This document shows positions 1 through 8,251 of a stretch of 24,410 nt of DNA, in pieces. Source of the stretch: an uncultured Gemmatimonadota bacterium (GTDB taxonomy: Bacteria; GCA-2686955). The notes beneath the pieces are model-generated. The model made no database searches and was not told the DNA's origin. It saw only the letters and a program-made list of their open reading frames with translations. The stretch is from contig CAZBBK010000016.1 of the NCBI GenBank assembly GCA_964490075.1, positions 62,001 through 86,410 on the forward strand, read 5' to 3'. A program made the translations under genes and the position numbers. Numbering within the stretch: position 1 is the stretch's first letter; each line of letters begins with the position of its first letter.

Positions 1-2
1 CC

Positions 3-1244
3 GCCGCCGGCCGCGCGCTGCTGCAGGCCTACGTGCTGGCCGGCGACCCGGACCTCTTCGACGAGGCCGAGGCGGTGGCCGCCTACCTGCTCGACAACCA
101 GAACCGGGCCGTGACCTACCTGACCGACTGGGGTTTCGCCCCCGGCGGTGTGCTGGTGGTCGAGGGGGGCAATCCCACCTTCTACACCGCCCACCAGGCA
201 CGGGTCGCCCTCTTCCTGGTCGAGATGTACGGCGCGACCCTCGACCCGACCTATCTCGACGCCGCCAGCGACATCGCAGCCTTCGCATCGGCCGAGATGC
301 TTTCCGACGAGATCGGCACGCCGAACGAGGGGGGCTATGTCTACACCCAGGACATCTCGCGCCTGGTCTGGCCCTGGATGTTCGTGGTCGGCTACTCGGA
401 GGCCGAGATGGCCTTGGCGCTCTCGCGACTGGAACCGCACGGGCTGCGGGCCGAGGATTGGGCCGAGCTGCTGACGGTGGCCGACCATCTCGATTCGGTG
501 CAGCAGGATGCGGACGGGGGAATCTACTGGACCAACCGCGACCTCGACCGCAACCCGCTGGGAAGCGACGCGCGCGCCGGGATCGCCGCGGCGCCGCTGC
601 GCGAGGCGGGGTTGCGCGGCGCGGCGGGCGAGGTCGACGCCTGGCTCGAAGCGCAGCAAGCGCTGGACGGCGGCTTCTACAGTCCCCAGCCGCTGATCGA
701 TTCGAGCGACCTGACGCGTGAGAACGCCTACGCCGTTCGCGCGCTGCTCGACGCCGGCTACGATCCGGACGGCGGCGTGCTCGACCTGGCCACCGATTGG
801 CTGGTCGCCGCACAGCTCCCGGACGGCTCCTTCCCGATCCTGGGCGGAGACTTCGCGGGCGACGACGACGCGAGCTCGGCCGCCGCGCTGGCGATCATGG
901 CGGCGCTCGGCGGCGGATGCGCGGTGACACCGCTGGTGGAGGAGGGCTACGAAGTGGCGCAGGGCGGCACGGTGGAGTTCACCGCGACGCTGTGGAACCA
1001 CGGCCCCTTCCAGGCGTCGACCCAGGCCTGGTACGAGGTGGTGCTCCCGAACGACAGCGCGGTGACGATCGGTCCGGCCCCGGTTCTGATCGGCGCGCGC
1101 AGCAGCGTCGTGGCGCCGGTCGCGGTGCCGATCCCGCTCGGCGCGCCGCTCGGCGACTACTTCCTGCGCCTGCACTGCGGCAGTTTGGCACCGCTCGCCG
1201 TCGACGATCGGGACGTGTTCCGCTTCCAAGTCATCTCTCCCTGA
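3..1244 (+). CDS. 5'-truncated alpha/alpha-toroid protein (prenyltransferase/squalene-oxidase-type repeats) with C-terminal Ig-like domain; paralog of 1689-3176
   Basis: The frame is open from base 3 (AAGRALLQAYVLAGD..., matching AAGRALLRAYRMGGD in the paralog), so the track's start at 33 is internal. QW-like motifs AWLEAQQALDGGF and DWLVAAQLPDGSFP are present. The last ~105 aa are beta-rich and end ...DRDVFRFQVISP. Confidence 0.85.
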   Translation, partial: AAGRALLQAYVLAGDPDLFDEAEAVAAYLLDNQNRAVTYLTDWGFAPGGVLVVEGGNPTFYTAHQARVALFLVEMYGATLDPTYLDAASDIAAFASAEMLSDEIGTPNEGGYVYTQDISRLVWPWMFVVGYSEAEMALALSRLEPHGLRAEDWAELLTVADHLDSVQQDADGGIYWTNRDLDRNPLGSDARAGIAAAPLREAGLRGAAGEVDAWLEAQQALDGGFYSPQPLIDSSDLTRENAYAVRALLDAGYDPDGGVLDLATDWLVAAQLPDGSFPILGGDFAGDDDASSAAALAIMAALGGGCAVTPLVEEGYEVAQGGTVEFTATLWNHGPFQASTQAWYEVVLPNDSAVTIGPAPVLIGARSSVVAPVAVPIPLGAPLGDYFLRLHCGSLAPLAVDDRDVFRFQVISP

Positions 1245-1260
1245 TTCAGCACCCCGTCGA

Positions 1261-1282
1261 CCGTCTCGGTTCGGCGAGGCGG
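1261..1282 (+). terminator. Small hairpin after the first paralog (possible terminator or stabiliser)
   Basis: CCGTCTCG-GTTCGG-CGAGGCGG forms an 8-bp stem with one G-U pair, 16 nt after the stop codon. There is no U tract. Confidence 0.3.
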
Positions 1283-1297
1283 CGGCCCCGTCGCTGG

Positions 1298-1624
1298 TCC
1301 AATCCCGCGCGCATGGGCTGCTCCGCGCCACACGCGGGATTGAGCTGCCGCGAAGCGGCCAGCCCCATTCCCGCCCGCATGGGCTGCTCCGCGCCACACG
1401 CGGGATTGAGCTGCCGCGAAGCGGCCAGCCNNNNNNNNNNNNNNNNNNNNNNNNNNNNNNNNNNNNNNNNNNNNNNNNNNNNNNNNNNNNNNNNNNNNNN
1501 NNNNNNNNNNNNNNNNNNNNNNNNNNNNNNCCGCATGGGCTGCTCCGCGCCACACGCGGGATTGAGCTGCCGCGAAGCGGCCAGCTCCAATCCCGCTCGC
1601 ATGGGCTGCTCCGCAGCCCATGCG
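1298..1624. repeat. 66-bp tandem repeat array of palindromic (REP/BIME-like) units, interrupted by an assembly gap
   Basis: The core CGCATGGGCTGCTCCGCGCCACACGCGGGATTGAGCTGCCGCGAAGCGGCCAGC starts at 1310, 1376 and 1532, with a partial fourth copy at 1598. The period is 66 bp on both sides of the gap. Internal inverted repeats: CAATCCCGCG...CGCGGGATTG and CCGC-GAA-GCGG. Confidence 0.9.
1431..1530. other. Assembly gap (100 N) inside the tandem array
   Basis: A run of exactly 100 N flanked on both sides by the same repeat unit. Confidence 0.99.
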
Positions 1625-1628
1625 CAGT

Positions 1629-1684
1629 TATGATTGCGGGTGAGCCCGATCCGTAGGGTCACGTGCACACCTCACAAGGGAGGC
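1629..1684 (+). promoter_or_regulatory. Putative -10 element (TATGAT) and ribosome-binding site for the 1689 gene
   Basis: TATGAT at 1629-1634 stands out in a GC-rich background. AAGGGAGG lies just upstream of ATG 1689. No clear -35 element. Confidence 0.4.
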
Positions 1685-1688
1685 GAAG

Positions 1689-3176
1689 ATGCCCCGCCGC
1701 ATGAACCTTGGACCAAGCGTCGCGCTGACGACGATCGCCCTGGTGCTCACCCCCGCCGCGCAGGCCGCGACCATCAGCGAGACGATTCAGGCCGGCCGGG
1801 CGGCCGCCGATAACCTGGAGATCGCGCTGATCGACCCGGTGGAGAGCGGCGCCGATCGGTGGGGAGTCTTCGAGGGCTTCGAGATCGGCAGCGACGGCTT
1901 CGTGGGCGGGTTCGAGCTACCCGGCAGCTACGCGGCAGCCGGCCGGGCGCTGCTGCGCGCCTACCGGATGGGCGGCGATTTGGAGTACTTCGACGAGGCC
2001 GAGGCGGTGGCCGCCTACCTGCTCGACAACCAGAATCGAGCCGTGACCTACCTGACCGACTGGGGATTCGCCCCAGGCGGCGTGCTGGTGGTCGAGGGCG
2101 GGAACCCGACCTTCTACACCGCACACCAGGCGCGCGTGGCCCTCTTCCTGGTGGAGATGTACGGCGAGACCCTCGATTCGAGCTACCTCGATGCGGCCAG
2201 CGACATCGCCGCCTTCGCGTCCGCCGAGCTGCTCTCGGAGGAGGCCGGCACGCCGAACGAGGGCGGCTACGTCTACACCCAGGACATCTCGCGCCTGCTC
2301 TGGCCCTGGATGTTCGTGGTCGGCTACTCCGAGGCCGAGATGGCGTGCGCGCTCTCGCGCCTGGAGCCGCACGGGCTGCGCAGCGAGGACTGGCCGGAGC
2401 TGCTGACGGTCGGCGAGCACCTCGACACGCTGCAGCAGGATCCCGACGGCGGTCTCTACTGGACCAACCGCGACGTCGATCGCACCCCTCTGGGCACCGA
2501 CGCTCGCGCCTCGATCGCCTCGATGCCTCTGCGCGAGTCGGGACGCTGGGTGGCCGGTCGCGAAGCCACCGATTGGCTGGAGGTGCAGCAGGCCGTGGAC
2601 GGGGGCTTCTTCAGCCCGCATCCGGTGCTGAGCTCGAGCGATCTGACCCGCGAGAACGCCTACGCGATTCGAGCGCTGGTCGACGCCGGCTACGATCCCG
2701 ACGCCGGGGTGCTCGACCTGGCGACCGACTGGCTGGTCGGCGCCCAGTTCCTAGACGGCTCCTTCCCCAAGGTGCTGGGAGACCTGGAGGGCGACGACGA
2801 CGCCACCTCAGCCGCGGCGCTGGCGCTGAGCAGCTGCCTTGGGCTGGTGTGCACGGTCGATCCCGCGCTCGATCCCGGCGAAACGGTGGCCCCTGGCGAA
2901 ACGGTCTGGGCGACGGTGACACTGCGCAACAACGGACCTGGGCCGATCACGGTCGACCTCTGGCACGACATCGTGCGCCCCGGGGGCACGGTCGTCGAGC
3001 GCCCGCCCGAGGCGGTGACGCTGGGCTCGCGGCGCAGCCGAACGCGGCTCTTGAGCGAGACCATTCCCTGGGTCGCTCCAGAGGGCGAGCACGTGGTGCG
3101 CGGCTACTGCGGCGCCGCCTCACCGCTCGAGGTCATCGACCGCGACAGCTTCCGCTTCCAGGTGGTCGCTCCCTGA
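1689..3176 (+). CDS. Secreted alpha/alpha-toroid protein (prenyltransferase/squalene-oxidase-type repeats) with C-terminal Ig-like domain
   Basis: 495 aa with an RBS and a signal peptide (VALTTIALVLTPAAQA). Helical-hairpin motifs ALLRAYRMGGDLEYFDEA and FLVEMYGETLDSSYLDAA; QW-like motifs DWLEVQQAVDGGF and DWLVGAQFLDGSFP. Confidence 0.9.
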   Translation: MPRRMNLGPSVALTTIALVLTPAAQAATISETIQAGRAAADNLEIALIDPVESGADRWGVFEGFEIGSDGFVGGFELPGSYAAAGRALLRAYRMGGDLEYFDEAEAVAAYLLDNQNRAVTYLTDWGFAPGGVLVVEGGNPTFYTAHQARVALFLVEMYGETLDSSYLDAASDIAAFASAELLSEEAGTPNEGGYVYTQDISRLLWPWMFVVGYSEAEMACALSRLEPHGLRSEDWPELLTVGEHLDTLQQDPDGGLYWTNRDVDRTPLGTDARASIASMPLRESGRWVAGREATDWLEVQQAVDGGFFSPHPVLSSSDLTRENAYAIRALVDAGYDPDAGVLDLATDWLVGAQFLDGSFPKVLGDLEGDDDATSAAALALSSCLGLVCTVDPALDPGETVAPGETVWATVTLRNNGPGPITVDLWHDIVRPGGTVVERPPEAVTLGSRRSRTRLLSETIPWVAPEGEHVVRGYCGAASPLEVIDRDSFRFQVVAP

Positions 3177-3869
3177 GGGACCAGCGCCCGCGCCCAGGTC
3201 GATCACCCAGGCCGCATCGAGGCGAGCGACGATCGGCCCGGTGAGATCGACGTGCAGGGCGGCTCGGTCGATCACCGGGCCGTCCGAGGTGGCCACCGGC
3301 CAGCCGCTCGCCACGGCGTCATGATCGGCCGAGGCCACCAGCTCCACGCGGCACCCCAGCTTTCGCAAGAGCGCCGCCACCCGGCCGCTGTTCGACACCG
3401 GAGAATCGAGCAGCCAGAGCACCTCGCGGGCCGGCGCCAGGGCGCCGCGCAGCAGGGTCAACGCCGGGTTCGATTCGTCGATCAGACGGTAGCTGCCGTG
3501 CACGCCGGAGAGATCGCGCAGCAACGAGTCGCTGCCGCGCAGCAGCAGCCCCCCCGAGAGGGCCGCCTCGATGGTGACCAGCACGTTGAAGCCGTCGACC
3601 ACTACCGGGCGCCCGTCGGCGGCGACCCGCGTGCCCTTGCGCTCGGCGGCGCGCGCCGCGGCGCAGACCGAACGCCCCAGGGCATCGCGCTGGCGCTTGT
3701 GGAGCTGGAAGCGGTTGCCGACCAGGGTCAGCGCCGCGGAGGCCGAGTAGCCGCGCGCCAGCAGCCAGCCGTAGTCGTGGCCAGCACGGCGCAGCAGCGG
3801 CAGGCGATTCCGCGCGAAGAGCTGCCGATCGCGGGGATGAGGCCCGCGATGGCGGCGGCGATCGGGCAT
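3120..3869 (-). CDS. DUF434 domain-containing protein
   Basis: The likely start is MPDRRRHRGPHPRD (ATG at 3869, GGAG upstream). Motifs LLARGYSASAALTLVGNRFQL..RQR, VVDGFNVLVTIEAAL, RDLSG, LDSPVSNSG and TSDG match the family as I recall it. Confidence 0.85.
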   Translation of the reverse strand: MPDRRRHRGPHPRDRQLFARNRLPLLRRAGHDYGWLLARGYSASAALTLVGNRFQLHKRQRDALGRSVCAAARAAERKGTRVAADGRPVVVDGFNVLVTIEAALSGGLLLRGSDSLLRDLSGVHGSYRLIDESNPALTLLRGALAPAREVLWLLDSPVSNSGRVAALLRKLGCRVELVASADHDAVASGWPVATSDGPVIDRAALHVDLTGPIVARLDAAWVIDLGAGAGPSGSDHLEAEAVAVDDLER

Positions 3870-3881
3870 GGGACGGCTCCG

Positions 3882-3923
3882 GGGTCCCGGCAAGGTCGCC
3901 GGGACCCGGCTTCGGGCTTTGGG
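3882..3923. repeat. Dispersed hairpin repeat, copy 1 (REP-like)
   Basis: GGGTCCCGGC-AAGGTC-GCCGGGACCC (10-bp stem) followed by GGCTTCGGGCTTTGGG. A near-identical reverse-complement copy lies at 22170-22219. Confidence 0.75.
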
Positions 3924-3969
3924 ACCGGAAATCGGACATCCAGGGCGGAGGACCGCGTTGGTACCCCGA

Positions 3970-5988
3970 CTACTGAGGCGTGACCTCACCCACTTTTCCG
4001 GAGATCGCCAGGGCCCATCCTTGAGCATCACCCATCTCGACCTGGCGTGCCCAGACCCGCACGCCCCAGGTGCCGGCCTCGGGCGCCAGGCGGTGCACCT
4101 GCTCGATGTTGTTCTTGGCGTCGCGCCGCGGTCCCGGCTCCGACTGGCCGCCGGCGAAGCGGTTGCCGGAGTAGATGGTCCCGTCCGGAGCCTGAACGAA
4201 GAGGTCGAGGTCGTTGACCGGCGCGTAGGAGGCGTTGACCGAGGCCGGGTAGTCGGTGAAGGCCATGGTGATCCGCAGCGGCTCTCCGGTCGATACCTCG
4301 ACCGCGAAATCCTGGTACTGCGCGGTGGCCAGACCCTCGACGTGGCGCCGGTCGAGGACCCACAGATCCCGCGGGTCGCCGGCCAGGTAGAGCGACTCAT
4401 CGAGCTCGATCCGACCCCAGCCCTCGGTGTCGTTGGGGTAGCCGGAGACGCCGCTCATGTCCTGCGCGCCGTTGACCAGCACCGCCCGCACCAGGGCCCC
4501 CGAGGGCGCGAAGGCGTCGGCCGGATCGGCGCTTCCGGTCGGCCAGTAGCCGTCGGAGAAGTACTGCTGGATCAGCGCGACCGCGCCGGCCACCGCCGGG
4601 CTCGCCATCGAGGTGCCGCTCATCGAGCGGGTGCCGCAGTCGCTCTTGCTCCTGGCACTGATGATCGAGCAGCCTGGCGCCGCCACGTCGGGCTTGCGGC
4701 GGCCGTCCTTGGTCGGTCCCTTGCCCCCGGTGCACCAGCGATGCTGGTTGGGCGCCGGATCGCTGCCCCCCACCGCCAGCACGTTCTTGGCGTTTTCGGG
4801 GGTCTTGAGGCGGCTCATGTTGGTCTCGGCGAAGCAGACCACGTTCTCTTCGAGCGAATAGGAGACGTTGTCGATCTGCTGGCAGTGAGCGGTGTACTTG
4901 GTGGTCCAGTCGTTGCCCCAGGAGTTGGTGTGCGCGGCGGCGCCGTCCTGCCAGGCGTAGAAGAGGTATTCGTCGAGATTCGAGGAATTGACCAGGTTCA
5001 TGAAGGCGTGGCTGAGACGGGCGCGGAATGCATGACCGGTCTGATCGCCGAAACCTCCGCCGTAGCCGACCGCGTCCCCAGCCGCCGTGGCGGCGGTGTG
5101 GGTGCCGTGGGAGTCGGTGCCGTAGGCGCCCCGGTAGGCGACGATCTTGCGGTGGTCGGGACCGGGCTCGACCACGTCCTCGAAGGCGCAGTGGTTGCGA
5201 TCGAGCTTGCCGTCGATGTGTCCGATGATGCGGCCCTCTCCGGTCAGTCCGGCCTCCCAGATCGCCACGTTGTCCTGCTCGTTGGTCTGGATCACCCAGC
5301 GGGTCTTGGAGTTGCGCTGCTGATTGCCGAACGCCGGGGCGATCCACTGCACCGCATCGAGGCCCGCGATCGATCGGATGGCCGCGAGCGCGGCGCGGAC
5401 CTGGAGGCCGTCGCCGGTCGCCACCCGCGCGCGCAGCTCCGCGGGCGGAACGTGGCGCGACTCGATCTCCGCCCCCAGCTTCTCGAGACGCGGCGCCAGC
5501 GCGTCGAAGTCGGCGCCCGGGAAGAGGCGGATCGAGAGCGGGACGTCTTCGGGGTCGTGGCCGAGAGCCGCGGCCCAGTGCTCGATTTCGTCGTCGATCT
5601 TCCAGGCCGGTGCAAAGGCCCCGATCCAACGGGTCCCGGCGCGCGCTGCGAGAGCGCGGGCCTGGCCTCCGGTGCCCCGCACCACCAGCGCGTGCATCGG
5701 CAGGTAGTCCAGGACCTCGACGCCGAGCGCGCGCAAATGCCGGTGGTCGCCCGCGTGCAAAGCACGGTCGAGCTGAACGACGAAAACACCCTGCGCCGCC
5801 TCTTCGGGCAGCGCGGCGGATGGCGAGACCTCCATGGGATCGAAGACGGCCGAGCTCAGGAGCAAGAGGCGATCGTCGGGGCGATCGATCGTCGCCAGGT
5901 CGTAAGCCGGCGCCTGGCCCGACACGGCCAGGAGCAGCGCGAACATGGCGCCGGCGAAGGGCAGAGCGCAGTCGACGGATCGACGCAT
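3970..5988 (-). CDS. Secreted S8 family serine peptidase (KP-43-like subtilase with propeptide and C-terminal beta-sandwich)
   Basis: 672 aa with a GGAGG RBS and a signal peptide. Triad motifs GHIDG, SHGTHTA and SGTSMASP; also HTNSWG, GPTKDGRRKPD, PSGALVRAVLVNGA, GWGRI, VNDLDL and NNIEQV. Confidence 0.93.
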   Translation of the reverse strand: MRRSVDCALPFAGAMFALLLAVSGQAPAYDLATIDRPDDRLLLLSSAVFDPMEVSPSAALPEEAAQGVFVVQLDRALHAGDHRHLRALGVEVLDYLPMHALVVRGTGGQARALAARAGTRWIGAFAPAWKIDDEIEHWAAALGHDPEDVPLSIRLFPGADFDALAPRLEKLGAEIESRHVPPAELRARVATGDGLQVRAALAAIRSIAGLDAVQWIAPAFGNQQRNSKTRWVIQTNEQDNVAIWEAGLTGEGRIIGHIDGKLDRNHCAFEDVVEPGPDHRKIVAYRGAYGTDSHGTHTAATAAGDAVGYGGGFGDQTGHAFRARLSHAFMNLVNSSNLDEYLFYAWQDGAAAHTNSWGNDWTTKYTAHCQQIDNVSYSLEENVVCFAETNMSRLKTPENAKNVLAVGGSDPAPNQHRWCTGGKGPTKDGRRKPDVAAPGCSIISARSKSDCGTRSMSGTSMASPAVAGAVALIQQYFSDGYWPTGSADPADAFAPSGALVRAVLVNGAQDMSGVSGYPNDTEGWGRIELDESLYLAGDPRDLWVLDRRHVEGLATAQYQDFAVEVSTGEPLRITMAFTDYPASVNASYAPVNDLDLFVQAPDGTIYSGNRFAGGQSEPGPRRDAKNNIEQVHRLAPEAGTWGVRVWARQVEMGDAQGWALAISGKVGEVTPQ

Positions 5989-6138
5989 GGGGGACCTCCA
6001 CGAATTCGGGACGGGGGGGAACGCGGGATGACTCCGCGAGCAGTCCCCTCCAAGCTATCCTCGTTTTCCGCAACTCATCGCGTGAATCCGACCGGCGAGA
6101 TGCCGGACCGAGACGACGCGCGACGTCGAAAGGGCCGC

Positions 6139-7224
6139 ATGCCGCGAGCCAGCGACCGGATCTTCGACCACACGCCGCGGCGTCTGCTCCGCAAGCGGAT
6201 CTCGCGCCTGGAGACCGGATTCGGGGCGCTTGCGTTGCTCGTGCTGGCGGCGATCGGGGGATGGATCGGCGCCCAGCGGGAGCGCTTCGATCCGGGTGAG
6301 CGCGACCTGTCTCCGGAGCTCGAGCAGCGCTCCGAGAGCGGGCCGATCCGCCTGCACCCGCGGGCCCTCGAGCGCCTGGAGGGCCGGGACGCGCCGAGCA
6401 CGGCCGCGAGCGAGCTGGGGGTGTTTCCGGCGGCCCTGCTGGCGGAGGGCTGGCAGGTCGAGGGACGGGTCGAAAGCTGGGGCCGCGACGATCTCTACCA
6501 GAAGATCAACGGCGCGGCGGAGCAATTCCTGCGTCATGGCTTTCGGTCGCTCGACGAGGTCACGCTGGTCAGAGACCAGAATCGACTCAGCGTCGAGCTT
6601 TACGACCAGGGGGACGCCGCCGGGGCATTCGGCATCTTCGGCGTCGAGCGCCGGCCCGGGCGGGAGATCGAGGACGCCGAGGGCTTGCACCTGAGCGCCA
6701 CGCCGATCGGCTTGATCGCACTGATCGGCAGCCACTTCGTCAAGATCCACGGCGACTCGGCGAGCGCAGAGCTGCGCGACAAGGCGCGAGGGGTCGCGCA
6801 TGACCTGGCGCGGGCGCTGCCTCGTGGCGCGCCGGGAGACGAAGGGCTGGCGCTGCTGGCCGGCGGACTGGGGACGCCGCTGGAGCAGGTCCGCTACCAG
6901 CCCGACAAGGTCTTTCACTTCGAGTTCCTGCGCGACTTCTGGTTCGCCGAGGTCGACAGCCCGACGCGGATCTTCGTGCACGCCGCGGCCGACAGCGCGG
7001 CCGCCGCGCGGCTTTTCGAGAGGATCTTGGCGGAGCAGCGCCAGGAGTACCGAGTGGTCGAGGCGGCCGGCGGCGACGCCCTGCTGCAACACCGCTTTCT
7101 CGGCACCAGCTTTGTTCTGAGGCGGGAAGGTCCGATCCTCTACGGTGTCGAGCGCGGCGCCGATGCCGCCCGCGCCCGGCTCCACGCCGACCGCCTGCAG
7201 GAGGTGCTGCGCCATGCGCCCTGA
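6139..7224 (+). CDS. Membrane-anchored DUF6599-like protein
   Basis: Only the 3' part of track ORF 3868-7224 is credible. ATG at 6139 follows GAAAGGG (alternative ATG at 6100). TM segment FGALALLVLAAIGGWIG; motif LYQKINGAAEQFLRHGF...VELYDQG...AFGIF; overlaps the next gene. Confidence 0.75.
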   Translation: MPRASDRIFDHTPRRLLRKRISRLETGFGALALLVLAAIGGWIGAQRERFDPGERDLSPELEQRSESGPIRLHPRALERLEGRDAPSTAASELGVFPAALLAEGWQVEGRVESWGRDDLYQKINGAAEQFLRHGFRSLDEVTLVRDQNRLSVELYDQGDAAGAFGIFGVERRPGREIEDAEGLHLSATPIGLIALIGSHFVKIHGDSASAELRDKARGVAHDLARALPRGAPGDEGLALLAGGLGTPLEQVRYQPDKVFHFEFLRDFWFAEVDSPTRIFVHAAADSAAAARLFERILAEQRQEYRVVEAAGGDALLQHRFLGTSFVLRREGPILYGVERGADAARARLHADRLQEVLRHAP

Positions 7225-8251
7225 CCCTCGAGGCCCCGATGGGCACTACCGGCCTCGGCCCATGACCCGCCGCGCCTTCGTCGGGCGCCTGGCGAGCGCG
7301 CTGGGAATCGGCTCGGGCGCGACCTACCTGGCGCACGCGCCCGAGCACTGGCCGCTGGCCCTGGCCGATTCCACCGGGACGCGGAGACGCCGCGCCTCCC
7401 CCGCCGCGCGTCTTCCGGACTTCTCGGTCGCGGCTCCCCGGGGCGCACCGGCGGTCGCCGTGGGTCGCGGCACGACGGTCGCCGAGCGCCTGCGCAAGGC
7501 GCTCGATGCGCTCGGCGGGCTCAGCCACTTCGTGGTGCCCGGCGACATCGTCCTCATCAAGCCCAACGTCGGCTTCGACCGGGCGCCGATTCTGGGAGCG
7601 ACCACTGGACCCGAAATCCTCGAGGCCTTGGTGCGCATGCTGCGGGTCGAGTGTCGGGCCCAGGAGGTCCGCGTGGCCGACAATCCGATCGAGTCGCCCG
7701 CCGACTGTTTCCACAAGAGCGGCGTGCGACGCGCGGTCGAGCGCGCCGGCGGGCGCGTGCTGCTGCCCGATCCCAACGCTTTTCGCCCGGTCGAGACACC
7801 GGGCGCCACGCTGATCGAGCGTTGGCCGATCTTCCTGCGGCCGATCACCAACGTCGACAAGATCATCGGCGTCGCTCCGGCGAAGGACCACAACCTATGC
7901 GCCGCATCGATGGGACTGAAGAACTGGTACGGACTCCTGGGAGGACGCCGCAACCTCTTCCACCAGAACATCCACGAGCTCGTCTCCGACCTCGCGCTCG
8001 CGTTTCGCCCCACCCTGAGCGTGATCGACGGCGGCCGCATCCTGATGCGCGGCGGTCCCACCGGCGGCGATCCCGGTGACGTCCACAGCGGCGACAGCGT
8101 GGTGGTCGGCGTCGATCCGGTGGCCACCGATGCCTGGTGCTACCGCCACCTGCTCGGGCGCCGGACCCCGGCGCCCCGCTACCTCGATCTCGCCGAGAGC
8201 AAGGGCGCCGGTCGCGTCGACTTCCGCGGGCTGGTCGGGGAGATCGCGTGA
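7214..8251 (+). CDS. DUF362 domain protein with Tat-like signal
   Basis: ATG 7214 overlaps the upstream gene end (alternative ATG at 7262). Motifs [40 protein letters not shown] and DPVATDA. Confidence 0.9.
   Translation: MRPDPRGPDGHYRPRPMTRRAFVGRLASALGIGSGATYLAHAPEHWPLALADSTGTRRRRASPAARLPDFSVAAPRGAPAVAVGRGTTVAERLRKALDALGGLSHFVVPGDIVLIKPNVGFDRAPILGATTGPEILEALVRMLRVECRAQEVRVADNPIESPADCFHKSGVRRAVERAGGRVLLPDPNAFRPVETPGATLIERWPIFLRPITNVDKIIGVAPAKDHNLCAASMGLKNWYGLLGGRRNLFHQNIHELVSDLALAFRPTLSVIDGGRILMRGGPTGGDPGDVHSGDSVVVGVDPVATDAWCYRHLLGRRTPAPRYLDLAESKGAGRVDFRGLVGEIA

Noticed and set aside
1298..1624. CRISPR array
   Set aside because: The variable parts are only 12 bp and similar to each other rather than unique spacers, and no cas genes are present.
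797..1668. ORFs through the array, including a repeated-core RiPP-like peptide (RMGCSAPHAGLSCREAAS)
   Set aside because: A 66-bp GC-rich palindromic unit keeps frames open on both strands. There is no RBS or leader, no synonymous variation in the core, the frames cross the N gap, and the complete flanking paralog is secreted rather than a cytoplasmic maturase.
1689..3176. Squalene-hopene cyclase or LanC assignment
   Set aside because: It is shorter than a two-domain cyclase, has a signal peptide, and shows no convincingly placed DxDD motif or LanC Cys/His zinc motifs.
3870..4400. N-terminal extension of the 426-aa minus-strand ORF
   Set aside because: It overlaps the S8 gene out of frame; DUF434 similarity and an RBS begin at 3869.
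3868..6099. N-terminal ~745 aa of the 1118-aa track ORF
   Set aside because: It is the antisense shadow of the S8 gene at 3970-5988; the credible gene starts at 6100 or 6139.
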